Positions 52,412 to 64,000 of a stretch of DNA of 64,000 nucleotides are shown piece by piece; position 1 is the first letter of the stretch; every line of letters starts with the position of its first letter. The notes below the pieces were generated by a model, which worked only from the letters and a program-made list of their open reading frames with translations, had not been told where the DNA came from and made no database searches. A program made the position numbers and the translations under genes. Source of the stretch: Tubulanus polymorphus. Lineage: Eukaryota; Animalia; Nemertea. The DNA is taken from the NCBI RefSeq assembly GCF_964204645.1, contig NC_134028.1, positions 26,408,345 to 26,472,344 on the forward strand. The letters are read 5' to 3'.

Positions 52412-52755
52412 GTTACGATTACGATTACGATTACGATTTATTTACACTCCAACCATTTCCATGGTATATGGAGGAAAACTATTACACATGTATATACAAA
52501 TATTTACAAAACAACACTAAAGTGATTAAAATTTAGAGAATGAAAACGTAACGAAATATATATATACATCAACTATTTACAATACTATATATACTATTAT
52601 ATACATCAACTATTTACAATACTATATATACTATTGGAGGGATCTATATACATCTAAGCCGGTCTTAATGAATTTAGCTAAGTTGACCGTTGGGTTTTTC
52701 AGAATATCAAGGTTGAATACACAGATAGCGCCCCGAGAGATTATTTCTAGGTGCA
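52412..52755 (-). mobile_element. 3' fragment of a non-LTR retrotransposon
   Basis: Minus-strand frame ends ...NLDILKNPTVNLAKFIKTGLDVYRSLQ*, then an AT-rich UTR and AATAAA followed by a (TCGTAA)n tail. Confidence 0.45.
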
Positions 52756-53730
52756 TAGGTCATCAGTCTTCGTTTTAGTTATGCATAGTTCTAGTATCGC
52801 TGAGTGTGCATAGGTCTTCGTTTAAGTAGCGCAGTTTTAGTAACACCCCATTTCACTGCCCTTCTATTAATTCACTGCTTTTCACCGGGCGGCCCGTGAA
52901 TTATTTATGATCTCTGGCAGTTGAATCAGTTGCAGTTTCCTGGAAAACTTTAACTAGGCTACACACGCGTTCTGAAGAGAAACTAAGCTTCATTCTGATC
53001 TGAAGTTATTTTGAACCAAAGGAAGGAAGTTTCATATTCGATAGCAAAATGGACTTCGGCTAATAATCCTCCGTGAGCAATAAATCCGAACCCTCAACAT
53101 TAAAAACACGTTATACTTCTTTATTTTACAATTTCATATCGAATGAAAGTATATAATTTATACAAATTGCGTACAGTTTAATATTATATTCCAGGGGTGA
53201 CATTCAATCGTGCTTATAGCGCCATCTAGTAACATTAATACTTCAACATTCAAATACATTTTACTTTGTAATCTTAACTGATGATTTAAATCCTTTCAAT
53301 AATCATCATTCATTTCTTGTACAACAACTATTGCTTTAATTTCAGGATTCCACTCGACAAGACGGATCTTCAAAAAGCTTCTAAATAGCAAAAATTAAGC
53401 TCTAAGTGCGCAACAAGTCATGCGTATTTACCTTGTACTAAAATATAAATTCATTTTGATCTCGTATAAATTCAGGAACTGAAAAAGGAAGACTTTCATT
53501 CATGCTTCCTTTATGACGCAGTATATGCTACAACTATGGCAATGAAGCTTTTTTTAATGGTTTTTAGTTTCAAAATTGATTGGGCAAACATTGGTTAACT
53601 GGCTTGGATGATTCGTTTGTAATTTGCATTACCCGGAAAGTGGGAAAACATAGCCCATGATAGGTGTGTACCGGTGTGGGCCCGCAACGATGCAGTTTAG
53701 TACGTACTAAAAAAAGCTTACCAGCTCATA

Positions 53731-53960
53731 CTGCCATCTAGTGCCCGTGGGGTTTCCCAGCGATATCAACGTTGATTGGTCGATGGATTTTCCGGCGCTG
53801 TGATTGGTCAATAGAAACTGAACAATGGAGGTATATGGAATATGGCGACCAATATAAATATGGATGTCGACGAGGACACTTCTCTCCTGGTGCTCAGAAA
53901 AAAAGGTGCGGTAATGTTAATCGTCAACCCGTTAACATTGATCGAACGTGCGCATGTAAT
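53731..53960 (+). promoter_or_regulatory. BTAF1 promoter and non-coding first exon
   Basis: CTCF-like CTGCCATCTAGTG at 53731, two inverted CCAAT boxes (GATTGGTC near 53775 and 53801), donor GTAATG at 53911, NRF1-like TGCGCATG near 53949, acceptor at 54485. Confidence 0.5.
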
Positions 53961-54528
53961 TTATGTGTATTTACTGATGTGATTATTGAACACTATTTGT
54001 ATAAAACATCGTGATAAATCTAGAAATACTAAGAATAAATCCCGGCATTAGCACATAGCATCCCACGAAACGATCGCAATCGATCAAAAAAAGCATCGAT
54101 GTTACGGCACACTGTTACTGTGTGTTACTGTTATGACGTAAGGTTGTCCCTAAGTTGATGTTGCTTCTTGAGATTGTTGGATAATGGATATGATCTGCCA
54201 ATATTTGATCGTTCACATTGTTGCCCAACCTACATTCGTTTTCATAAATCATTGATTATAAATTATACAAGGGGCAATGCATCACAGGCATTGACTTAAT
54301 TTTGCGGACACCGCTTTTAAGTAGTTTGTTTGTGTAATCAATAAATTTTTGATACTTGAAACTCTTACGACTGGGTTTTAGTTGGCTAATTTATTAGTTA
54401 GGCCTACTGGAGAGTTTATGGCATTCAAGGACAAGTACCGGATAATAGATTAGAGATTTTAATTGCAGTATATTTCTGATTACAGGCTGCTGTTTTATGA
54501 TATGTAGTAAGCCACATTCATCTGAAAC

Positions 54529-57500
54529 ATGGCAACTAGGTATGTAAAATCTTTTTCATCCAAGAGATCGAATTTTGAATACTTTCATTAACTTTTTTAG
54601 GATCTTGTCCAATTTTGATGGTTATCGCTGCTAATTAAATAACTACATAACCGTATTTTTCTAATTTGAAGGTTGGATAGATTGCTGTTATTACTAGAAA
54701 CTGGGTCTACACCGGTGATCAGGAAATCAGCAGCTGAACAGCTCGGTGAAGTACAAAAACTACATCCACATGAATTAAACAATTTACTTGTCAAAGTAAG
54801 ATTTATTAAACAGCAGTTTATTTGTATGAACATGACCCAGTTTGACCATAGTTGTCAGTAAAGTTTGACTCTTAAGAGTTACAATTCGTTCGTCTAATTG
54901 ATAAAATTTAATTATGTTAATGAAAATAATTTATTAACTCAAATAATATTTTTTTAAGCCCAAATAATCGAAAAGCCTTAATAATTTTGATTAATGATGC
55001 TTAAATTTAGGTCCATGAGAAATTCATTAAATTAGATAATTGATAATTTTAGTAATGTTTTATTTTATCCCAAACAATCAAAAGGCTCAAATCATTTTAA
55101 GTAATGATTTTTGATGTGAATGAAATATTGATCGAATTAATGATAATTAATTCAAATTATTTCATTAATTTTCAATAAACGATTAGTAATGATAATGATT
55201 ATTACAATTCAAATGAATTGAATCAATTTTTTTAGTTCATTTTTAATGATTTTAAAAGAAATCATAATCAAGAACTGTGGAAGTGTAATTTTATTTACAC
55301 AAAGTGTTTTACCACTTAGATAAAGATGGACCAGATGGATGTTTGTATATATTGTTGGGTGTGTTTTAATTATGATTTCGTTAATACAGGTTCACAAATA
55401 TCTGCGTGGATCTTCATGGGATACGCGTATAGCTGCGAGTCAAGCAGTCGACGCTATCACTCGAAATGTACCACAATGGCAGCCGAGAGGTGCTCCGAAA
55501 ACCGGTAAGTTCTGAAACACGGTGGTCACCGTTTACCTGGAATGTAGGGAAAAATCGGGGAAGTTTATAAAAAAGGTAAAAATCAGGGATAAGTCAAGAG
55601 ATAGGGCCTTAGTTAGATGGCAAATGTAATGGAACAGTTTTCACCTGATGTTTTATGTATTTAAGCTGTTATGATTGATTGGAATCTTAACAAAGTTGCG
55701 GAAAATTCAGAGAATAAGCAAATCAAAAAGGTGGCCACCCTGATTGAACCTGCTGCCTTCATAAAAATCCTCGTAGAATTCTTTGAGTGTTAAGTTGTTG
55801 ATTCAATTTTTTGAAATAGAATCTCTGGAATGTGACCTGGCTGATGGACGATTGTCTTTCAAAAACTTCGACGTTCACAAAGTTCTTCAGAGTGGCGTGT
55901 TGTTATTGGGTTCGGAGGGAATCGAATATTCAGAAGAAGACTGGAAAGGTAACTTTGAGAAAGCTATTGATGACTAATTTATAGTTCCTAATATTACAGT
56001 TTCAATTGAAGAAAAACTGGAATAATAGAAAAAACTATGATAGTAGTTAAGTTTGACTACGAGCATTCAAATGCATAGCTGATTTCATTTTCAAGAGTCA
56101 AAACATACCGGTAGTTATAAAGAAAAACTATGGAATGCATTTCGACTGGAATGCTATGGGCCATTTCCAAATCTTGATTTACTTTCCAAGAGTAGGTTTT
56201 CAACATGGCTCATAGCATTTCAGTCAGAAATATCACTACTTTCATAGTCCTATTAGTAACTGTAGGATTTCCTTCAAATATATAGACAGTCACTCGTCTG
56301 GGAACCAATTTAAGGTTAGTTGAAGGATTGTTCAACATTTTTGCACTGTTTGTATTTTTAGGTGTTGATATCCGCGATCAACTAGCTCAGCAGAAACAAA
56401 TGTTGAATAAGCGTTTAGGATTGAATATCGCTGGTGGGATGGGTGTGAATACCGACGATTTGTATAAAGACGAGGATCTAGAAATTAAATATGAAGATAA
56501 TAAACACAGCTTTGAAAATCAGGTACATTCCTTGTATATACGGTTATTGTTCGCGGAAAATAAGAAAACAGATCATGCTAAAAAAACAAATAGAATTGCT
56601 GAAAATAGAGATGAATTTGAATTTGTTTATATTTTTTTCAGACATCAGTTTCTGAACTTCTGAATGAACAAAGTTCGTTCGGTAACAAACCGAGCGCGCG
56701 TGAGAAAAATCGAGCTAAAAGGAAGGCGAAACTAATGGCGAAGCAAATATCTAGGGAAGTGTCTCATGATGATAAATATAATGGGTAAATATATATATAT
56801 ATATGTCATATTGAACTGGTTTATGTTTGATTCGAGGCTAGGGTAATTGGTTTAACTCCTTAAAGGTTTCAAATTGCACTTAAGTCTCAATATACCTTCC
56901 TGTTGCTGCGATGTCAGGGTCCAATCTAAGGGATGAAAGCCACTTGCCCGAGGGGCAAGCATATCTGAAAAAAGCTTTGTGTCATAAAATTGCACTTGCC
57001 TGGGAGACAAGTGATAATGATAACCTATTTGCCCTGATGAGAATATACTTGTCCCGGGCAATCGGACAAGTGCTTAGATCGGACCCTGGATGTTTGTTTT
57101 GAATAAACATCCTGATGGTGCTGAAATACACGTTTATGCTTTGCCTTCGGTTAATGACATCAGCTTGAAAGTCTTCAGGAGTTTCATCTCAGCTTGGAGC
57201 CACAAGCAGTTTATAAGTAGAATGAACGAATATATTGGTCTAATCAATTTTTACTTGATGTACCTCGTTTTAGAACTAAGCGCTATGGTTTAGTTTTTTA
57301 CTTGCTCTGCACCAGTTTTATGGAATGCTTTACCTATCCACATCAGATCTGCCAAATCACTACAATGTTTTAAAACTCATCTTAAAACTGAACTTTTCAC
57401 CAGACATTTTAACTAAATTCTTCATGTGCATGTTTTAAATGTTTTCGAAGATGTTTTTAGCTTAATGGTTTTATTTGTAAAGCGCTTTACAGCCATTTTT

Positions 57501-60500
57501 GGATTAAGGCGCTATATAAATATTGTATAATGATAATAATGATATATATAATAATTGAGAAAATATGTTTTTTTCTTGTAGCGATGAAAATGATGCTCCA
57601 AACAAGAAACCACGAGTTTCTCCTGATTTATCTACGGACAGTAATTCAGATATTCTAGATATGGGCGAGGTACGACTCGAATCTCAATTTTATTTCTTTC
57701 ATCGAAGATTTGATATTTCTATCGTTGTATTTTGTAATTAAAGGGAGATGAATGGCCGTTTGAAATGTTCTGCGAGTTGTTATTAGCGGATTTGTTTCAT
57801 ACGTCGTGGGTTTACCGACACGGAGCCGCTCGTGGACTCAGGGAAATTATTAAAAATCACGGTCGAGGAGCCGGGAAAAATCAGGACGTACCGGCTAATC
57901 ATGTGAGTCATAAAACAGGACACAGATCTTTGTTAAATCTGATTTTGAGAGAGTAGGAATAAATTCGAATCCAATGTTTCAATGTCAGAGGAGAGTTGAA
58001 TGTTTAACTTAATACAATACCCTTTAATTTCACCGTAACTACATGTATATCGTTATGAAATATTGTTGAAAAGGTCTCATTAAATTTGTTCTTATGTTTT
58101 AATGTTTTTAGTTAGAGGAACATAATCAGCAGTGGTTAGTCGATGTATCACTTCGTCTTGTTTGCGTTCTAGCTCTCGATCGGTTCGGAGACTTTGTGTC
58201 GGATGAGGTAAAAATTCAATAACAAAAAAAGTTAAATTCAGTGATTAAAATGTTTGTTGATTTGAACTGAAACAGTAAGAGATGGTGATGTGTCTATCCT
58301 ACTAATTGCATCGGAGTGTTTTCCACAACAAGTTCTAGAGGGGTGGCCTCTTTCATTTTTATATACACCCCTATGAGAATCAGTCACCTCTTATGAAATA
58401 TCTACTGTCCTTACCAGAAATAGAAGATTGCACCAAAATTAAGCTTAAGTTTCTGGTCAATTCATAATGTATTACAGGTTGTTGCACCAGTTCGAGAAAC
58501 GTCTGCCCAAACACTCGGCGTATTACTGCAGTGTATGAATAGTGAGAATGTTGAGGGTGTGTTGAGCGTTTTGTTGCAGTTGTTAAATGAATCGAGTTGG
58601 GAGGTTCGACATGGAGGAATGTTAGGTATTAAATACCTATTAGCTGTCAGACAGGTGCAAATTCTAAAAAAAAACTTTACAAAATCCCGTGTTTTACACA
58701 TCATTAACACAGATCTTCAAATCACAGAATTTTTGTTTTATATTTCAGGATTTATGCAAATCGTTTTTGTCGTCAGTTTTACCGTTTGTATTTAACGGTT
58801 TGAAAGATGCAGACGATGATGTCAGAGCGGTTGCTGCGGCAACGCTGGTTCCCATTGTTAATGATCTCATTAGTATATTACCCCAACAGGTAAAACAAAA
58901 ACCGCTAGATCCAGTACCACGATATTGGACCCAGTTCCACAGAGAACCAAGTTCCTCAGTTGTCGATTAAGAGTTTGCCTGTTTTAGTAAAAGTGGATAA
59001 AGTAATAAAACTCTTACATTATACAGTCAAATTTTAACAGAGAACAGTGGAACTTTATTTCGACTCTGAAACTGGCTCCGGAACTGTGAAACTTGTTCCC
59101 GATGGTTCTTAACTAATGGTTCTTAACCAAAGCCCTGTTATGAAGTATTGATAATTTTTACCATCTGTTTTAGATCAGTAACATTATCAACAGTTTATGG
59201 ACGACTTTGCAAGATCTCGATGATTTAACTTCATCGACGAATAGTATTATGAATCTTCTGTCGGCGTTGCTGAAATCCTCGCAGGAAACTTGTTCTCAAT
59301 GGTATCGAAGAATTCGTTAATTTTCTAGATTGGTTTAGATTCTCCGCGATTCATTAAAATCTCATTGAACGTTAACGCTTATTCCTGTTTTACAGTGCAA
59401 CAGACACGAGTACATTCTCAACGCTAATTCCTCGTCTGTGGCCATTTCTACGTCATAATAATGTATCGGTTAGAAAGGCTACCCTCGAAACGTTCCATAC
59501 TGTTCTCCTCAATACCGATAAACAAGTGAGTATTTCACTCTTAATGAACCAACTCCCTCTGTTAGTCTGCTGTCTCCATTCCACAAACTGATCATATTGC
59601 ATCACAACATCTCCTGTCTGCAACTGAGAGATTTTGAATTTGAAAATGAATAAAGGCTGATTTTACTTGATACACGGACATTTTATTACAACACATGCCC
59701 AAATCAGATCATCTAGATTTCACTTGTCGGCATGATTAAGGGGTGGATGGTACAGGCATCAGATTTATAATTGCATTACCCCTGATATTATTAATGTATT
59801 GCTCTATTTCACAGGTCGACCACTCTGCGTGGCTTGTGCCTATTCTACAAGACGCATTGAGGCATATCTTTCAATGTTCGCTGTTAGAAAATCAAGATGA
59901 AGTCCTAGCCATAATTCCGAAGGTACCGTTATCAGTATTCTATAAATCACTGAGTCTATTTCAAATATACTCATGAATTCATGAATTGATTGATGTTTGT
60001 GATTTGTTGTAGGTTTGGTCAGCGATATTATTGAGAGCTCCTATTGAATATCTCGTGGCTGCCACTTCTCCCTGGGTCGGAGCTTGGTTATGTTTAGTTA
60101 TGCAACCGTCTAAAGTGCCATTTGATCAGAATCTTTTGATTCAAGCCAAACACGTTGTAAAGGTACTGGCTATATTTGTCTCCTGGGGACAAGATCTGAG
60201 GGTCTTACAACATGGGTGGATCCAGAGGGATTGTCACATCCCAATAGGGCCCTTCCAGAAAGGCAATATCATGTGTACTCCCGCGCTGAGGTTTCAGTTC
60301 TGAAGAATCTGTCACATCCAAAAAGGGTTCTTAAGGGTAAAGTAATTCAAGGTATTCTGGCAGCATTGCCCTTTTGATAGAAAAAATACCCTTTGTGTTT
60401 TATATAAGAAAAATATTCCTTTTCCAGATTTTGTTAAAAAACATTCTCTTCATGCCCTTTTCGGCATTAAGTGCCTATGATTAAATAACTTAATTAATTT

Positions 60501-63500
60501 GGAGTGTCTTCTTAGAGAAGTGTCATCTGACTGACTGAATGCTCCTCTGATGATCTGCGATCGAAATTAATGAAATAGAATTTTGTATTTTAGGAGCATC
60601 ATAGCAAAGGTCGTCATTTACCGGCGGAGGTGAATACAGAAAATCACGATTATATCGGTGGATATGAATCTTTAAATTCTGATTCTAGTATTCGTGATCA
60701 TTGTGTCGTACGAGCGAGAATTACAGCTTCATGGTAAAAACTCAAATTCATCTTTTGAATCTTGACTTGATCTTATAAATTTTCTCATCCTCACTTGCCA
60801 GGGTTTGATTGCCGTCTGCCGAAGCTCATCCCAACTAACACTAACCCTGGCCGAAGTCCCTTCATTGGTCTTTTACGCTGCCTAAGATTTCTTGGGTGAA
60901 CGGGTTCCCGCTCTGCGCCCACCAGTCTATATATCTGACCAGGGTTTGTGTTGGCGTAAGTTTCAGTGGTAGGCAATTAAACCCTGGCAAGCGAGGATGA
61001 TATCTGTCTGTTTTATAACGATTATATACAGTACTTGTATGCAGTACCGGTGGCATATGAAACATGATTTTCTATTTTTCGTTGCAGTTTATTGGGAAAT
61101 TTGTGCCATTATTTTACGAAAGCGATTCCGAATTTCCCCGATGGGGCCGAGTCGCCACTCGAAGCAATCGCTAAGCTACTAAACTTTCATCTGTGCTCGA
61201 AATCGGCCGTACAAAGATTCGTGATATCCCTGACTATTCAGGAATGGTGCAATATTCAAAAGGTATGTTTTGAATGATCCTCTTATTCATTTGATTGGTA
61301 GATTTATCTGATTTGTTTTGATATAGTGTCCCTTACAAACCTCCCACTCCTGCCAGGAACAAAACCAGGAGGGTTTCGTTTAAACTTGAACCCGGCCGGG
61401 GTTAACTCAATTGAAAATGAAACGTTAAAACTGGGCCCTGGAATTAGAAATTACTCAATACTCGATTTTGTAATTTCAGGATTTATTAACTTTAATTCCG
61501 GAATATTTGAAATTGAAACTGTTGGAATGTTTACAAGAAGCGATTTATTTCGATGAGATCGCGATGTTATTTACGCGAATGCAGTCAGAATGTCGAGATT
61601 TCATCGATTCGCTCAGACAACAGAAAATCGATATCGATGCAATATTCAATGCCGGGTAAGAATTCAAAATCTCATGTGATGAAGCCTATATCTCATGAGA
61701 TGTAGCCTATATCTCATGAGATGAAGCCTATATCTCATGAGATGAAGCCTATATCTAATGAAATGTAGCCTATATTTCACGAGATGTAGCCTATATCTAA
61801 TGAGATGAAGCCTATATCTCATGAGATGTAGCCTATATCTCATGAGATGTAGCGCAATCTCATGAGATGTAGCCTATATCTCATGAGATGAAGCCTATAT
61901 CTCATGAGATGTAGCCTATATCTCATGAAATGTAGCCTATATCTCATGAGATGAAGCCTATATCTCATGAGATGTAGCCTATATCTCATGAGATGAAGCC
62001 TATATCTCATGAGATGAAGCCTATATCTCATGAGATGAAGCCTATATCTCATGAGATGAAGCCTATATCTCATGAGATGAAGCCTATATCTCATGAGATG
62101 TAGCCTATATCTCATGAGATGTAGCCTATATCTCATGAGATGAAGCCTATATCTCATGAGATGTAGCCTATATCTCATGAGATGAAGCCTATATCTCATG
62201 AGATGAAGCCTATATCTCATGAGATGTAGCCTATATCTCATGAGATGAAGCCTATATCTCATGAGATGAAGCCTATATCTCATGAGATGTAGCCTATATC
62301 TCATGAGATGTAGCCTGTATCTCATTTAGATATACTGGGTTTTCTCGTCGGTATTTTGTCTATTAGTTTTCATCTGATATTGATCATTTTGGGATATTTC
62401 GCTTAATTACTTTGAACACATACCTCAATTTGGTTTCAATATGACCGGTGAAACTATGCTGTCTGAATAAACCATCGTTTTATATCCATTTTACACTATG
62501 TAAAGTTTCAGTGGTCGTAATAAGACCAATTAGAGGTATCTGTTCAAAAGATTAAGCGAAATATCTGAAAAAAAGTCGATCCACGACATTAACTTGTGAC
62601 GGTGTTGAATTTTAGATCGGTTTTAACGATGGAACAAGCGAACAATCTTTGCAGCACAATTTACGACTCGGTTCGAACGCAATTGAAACCTCGTCAACAG
62701 CAATATCTAGACGACAGACGAACGCAATTACTGAGTATCATTTCACAGACAAACTCTGAACAACTCATGCTCAGTACGAGGTATCAAACATTGAATGATT
62801 AGGTTCAGGGATTGTTTTAGGTTCACGGATTACAGTAAAATGCAGTCGTCCTCTAATGTTTAAATGATTGTTTTGCAGAGTACTCGCTTACCTCGCCGGT
62901 GTTTGTGTATCGCTTGGTGCTATGCCAGAGAAACTGAATCCGGTTATCCGACCTCTGATGGAATCAATAAAAAAAGAAGAGAATTCTCAACTTCAGGTCA
63001 GTCTCATTGGTTTCGACGTTAAGTTTGAATCTGGAAATTAGTTCATTTCTATTGGCATCCCCAGGATTTTCAGTTGGGTGTTAAATCCTCTAGATTTGAA
63101 TTTTTTTACCAAACAACCTGGGCTAAAATCTAGTCCCTATAATATGCACATTATACTTGTTTTATAGAGGTTAATTAAAGCTGTAATCCCACTCTAAAAC
63201 ATACAAATGTTTTCAGATAAGAGCCGCCAATCATTTATCTCATTTACTGGATATCTGTTTGTTGAGGGCCACGAATCCTTGCGTTAAAATACTGAAGAAT
63301 CTATGCACTGCACTTTGCTGTGATAAATCCTACACTCCGTCTGCCGTGACACCGACTCAAAATCCATCGGACTCAGACGAAAACAGCAGCAACATAACCT
63401 GTGATAAATATACTGGAATTCTAACACTTTCTACTTTACAACAAAAGGTACGTAAACAATTTCAAACTTGATGCGATGAGGTACCAGCAATGCTACTATG

Positions 63501-63680
63501 GCAAGTGAGGATTCCGCAATGATTCAACTTGAATTGCAAAACTTTGGTTGATTATTGATTAATGAGATCCTCCTCCTTTAACGGTAGATTCCTGAATCAA
63601 AGCGAAGCCGAACGATGAAGAAATTCCCGGTGCCTATTGCTGAGTTTGCTATCGACAGCTCAATTGAAACGAGTTCAGAG
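54529..63680 (+). CDS. BTAF1: TBP-associated factor 172 (BTAF1/MOT1), first 22 coding exons, 3'-partial
   Basis: Exons 54529-54539, 54672-54795, 55390-55504, 55820-55948, 56362-56522, 56642-56784, 57582-57669, 57744-57902, 58112-58207, 58478-58654, 58749-58889, 59174-59301, 59396-59525, 59815-59922, 60013-60162, 60594-60733, 61088-61263, 61480-61655, 62616-62780, 62879-62996, 63217-63447, 63588-63680. Motifs [78 protein letters not shown]. The SNF2 ATPase part lies beyond the window. Confidence 0.95.
56915..57088. mobile_element. MITE with CAGGG termini and 5-bp TSD (hAT5-like)
   Basis: GATGT|CAGGGTCCAATCTAAG ... CTTAGATCGGACCCTG|GATGT. Confidence 0.75.
57245..57545 (+). mobile_element. L2/CR1-clade LINE 3' end
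   Basis: Encodes [13 protein letters not shown]... and, in a shifted frame, [31 protein letters not shown]; followed by the TGTAAAGCGC...GCGCTATATAAAT 3' stem-loop and an (ATA/ATG)n tail. Confidence 0.85.
60785..61000. mobile_element. Foldback element with long imperfect TIRs (possibly Academ-type non-autonomous)
   Basis: TCATCCTCACTTGCCAGGGTTTGATTGCC ... GGCAATTAAACCCTGGCAAGCGAGGATGA; arms about 65 bp; no clear TSD. Confidence 0.65.
61668..62325. repeat. 21-bp minisatellite, about 31 copies, in a BTAF1 intron
   Basis: Unit TATATCTCATGAGATG(T/A)AGCC containing the 12-bp palindrome ATCTCATGAGAT; explains the MRYRLHL ORF. Confidence 0.97.
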
Positions 63681-64000
63681 GTAAAGCATCGATCGGGCAG
63701 ATATTTGATCAGATTCCGAGTTCACTGAATCAATCTGGCTTTGATTGTAAGATTAGTGAGACTTTGTTCATTAGATTTGAAAAGACATTTGTGTTCAAAA
63801 TGGATCTTCATACATCATACCCCCTGACTTCCTACTCCTGATACAGTTTCATGATCATGTTTCCAAGTATCGATGTGGAGTGTTTCTGCGATATGCACGT
63901 TTTCGCGTGCGAAGGCAACATTTCTAGTTTTAGATGTTTTTTTTTGTGTCAAGAACCATCATTGAATTGCTCAATCTTTATAATCTAGTTTTCTGTACAT

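Noticed and set aside
60548-60570. CTGATGA...CGAAA hammerhead-like string
   Set aside because: No proper stem II closure and no helix I/III pairing.
61840-62325. 161-aa (MRYRLHL)n ORF
   Set aside because: Translation of the 21-bp minisatellite, antisense within a BTAF1 intron.
59302-63587. BTAF1 introns starting GTATC (59302, 62781) and TCCTTTAAC near the acceptor at 63587
   Set aside because: Donors lack the CCTT needed for U12, and the branch-like motif is paired with a U2 donor and is too close to the AG.

Overview
AT-rich, intron-rich animal genomic DNA, probably an invertebrate bilaterian (species not determinable from the sequence). It carries a compact cluster of conserved genes, all reconstructed exon by exon: TOM1-family exon 1 (-), head-to-head with DRC3/LRRC48 (+, 523 aa, one AT-AC minor intron); an intronless H2A.X (-, ends SQEY, histone stem-loop); fascin (+, 513 aa, large introns); COX11 (-, 304 aa), head-to-head with DRG2 (+, 364 aa, one GT-AG minor intron); about 15 kb of gene-poor, internally duplicated sequence; and the 5' part of BTAF1/MOT1 (+, runs off the window). 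Introns hold many MITEs, LINE 3' ends and minisatellites. The most unusual observations are: (i) a 37-bp minisatellite in fascin intron 3 that places 21 perfect let-7 seed sites on the sense strand; (ii) a 111-bp near-perfect hairpin in DRC3 intron 4 containing a Penelope-type minimal hammerhead core masked by its own antisense; (iii) a tandem array of ~243-bp units, each resembling a non-coding exon plus a 61-nt GT-AG intron; (iv) gene order that joins neighbourhoods split between human TOM1 paralogue loci. Functional interpretations are hypotheses; no searches or folding programs were run.
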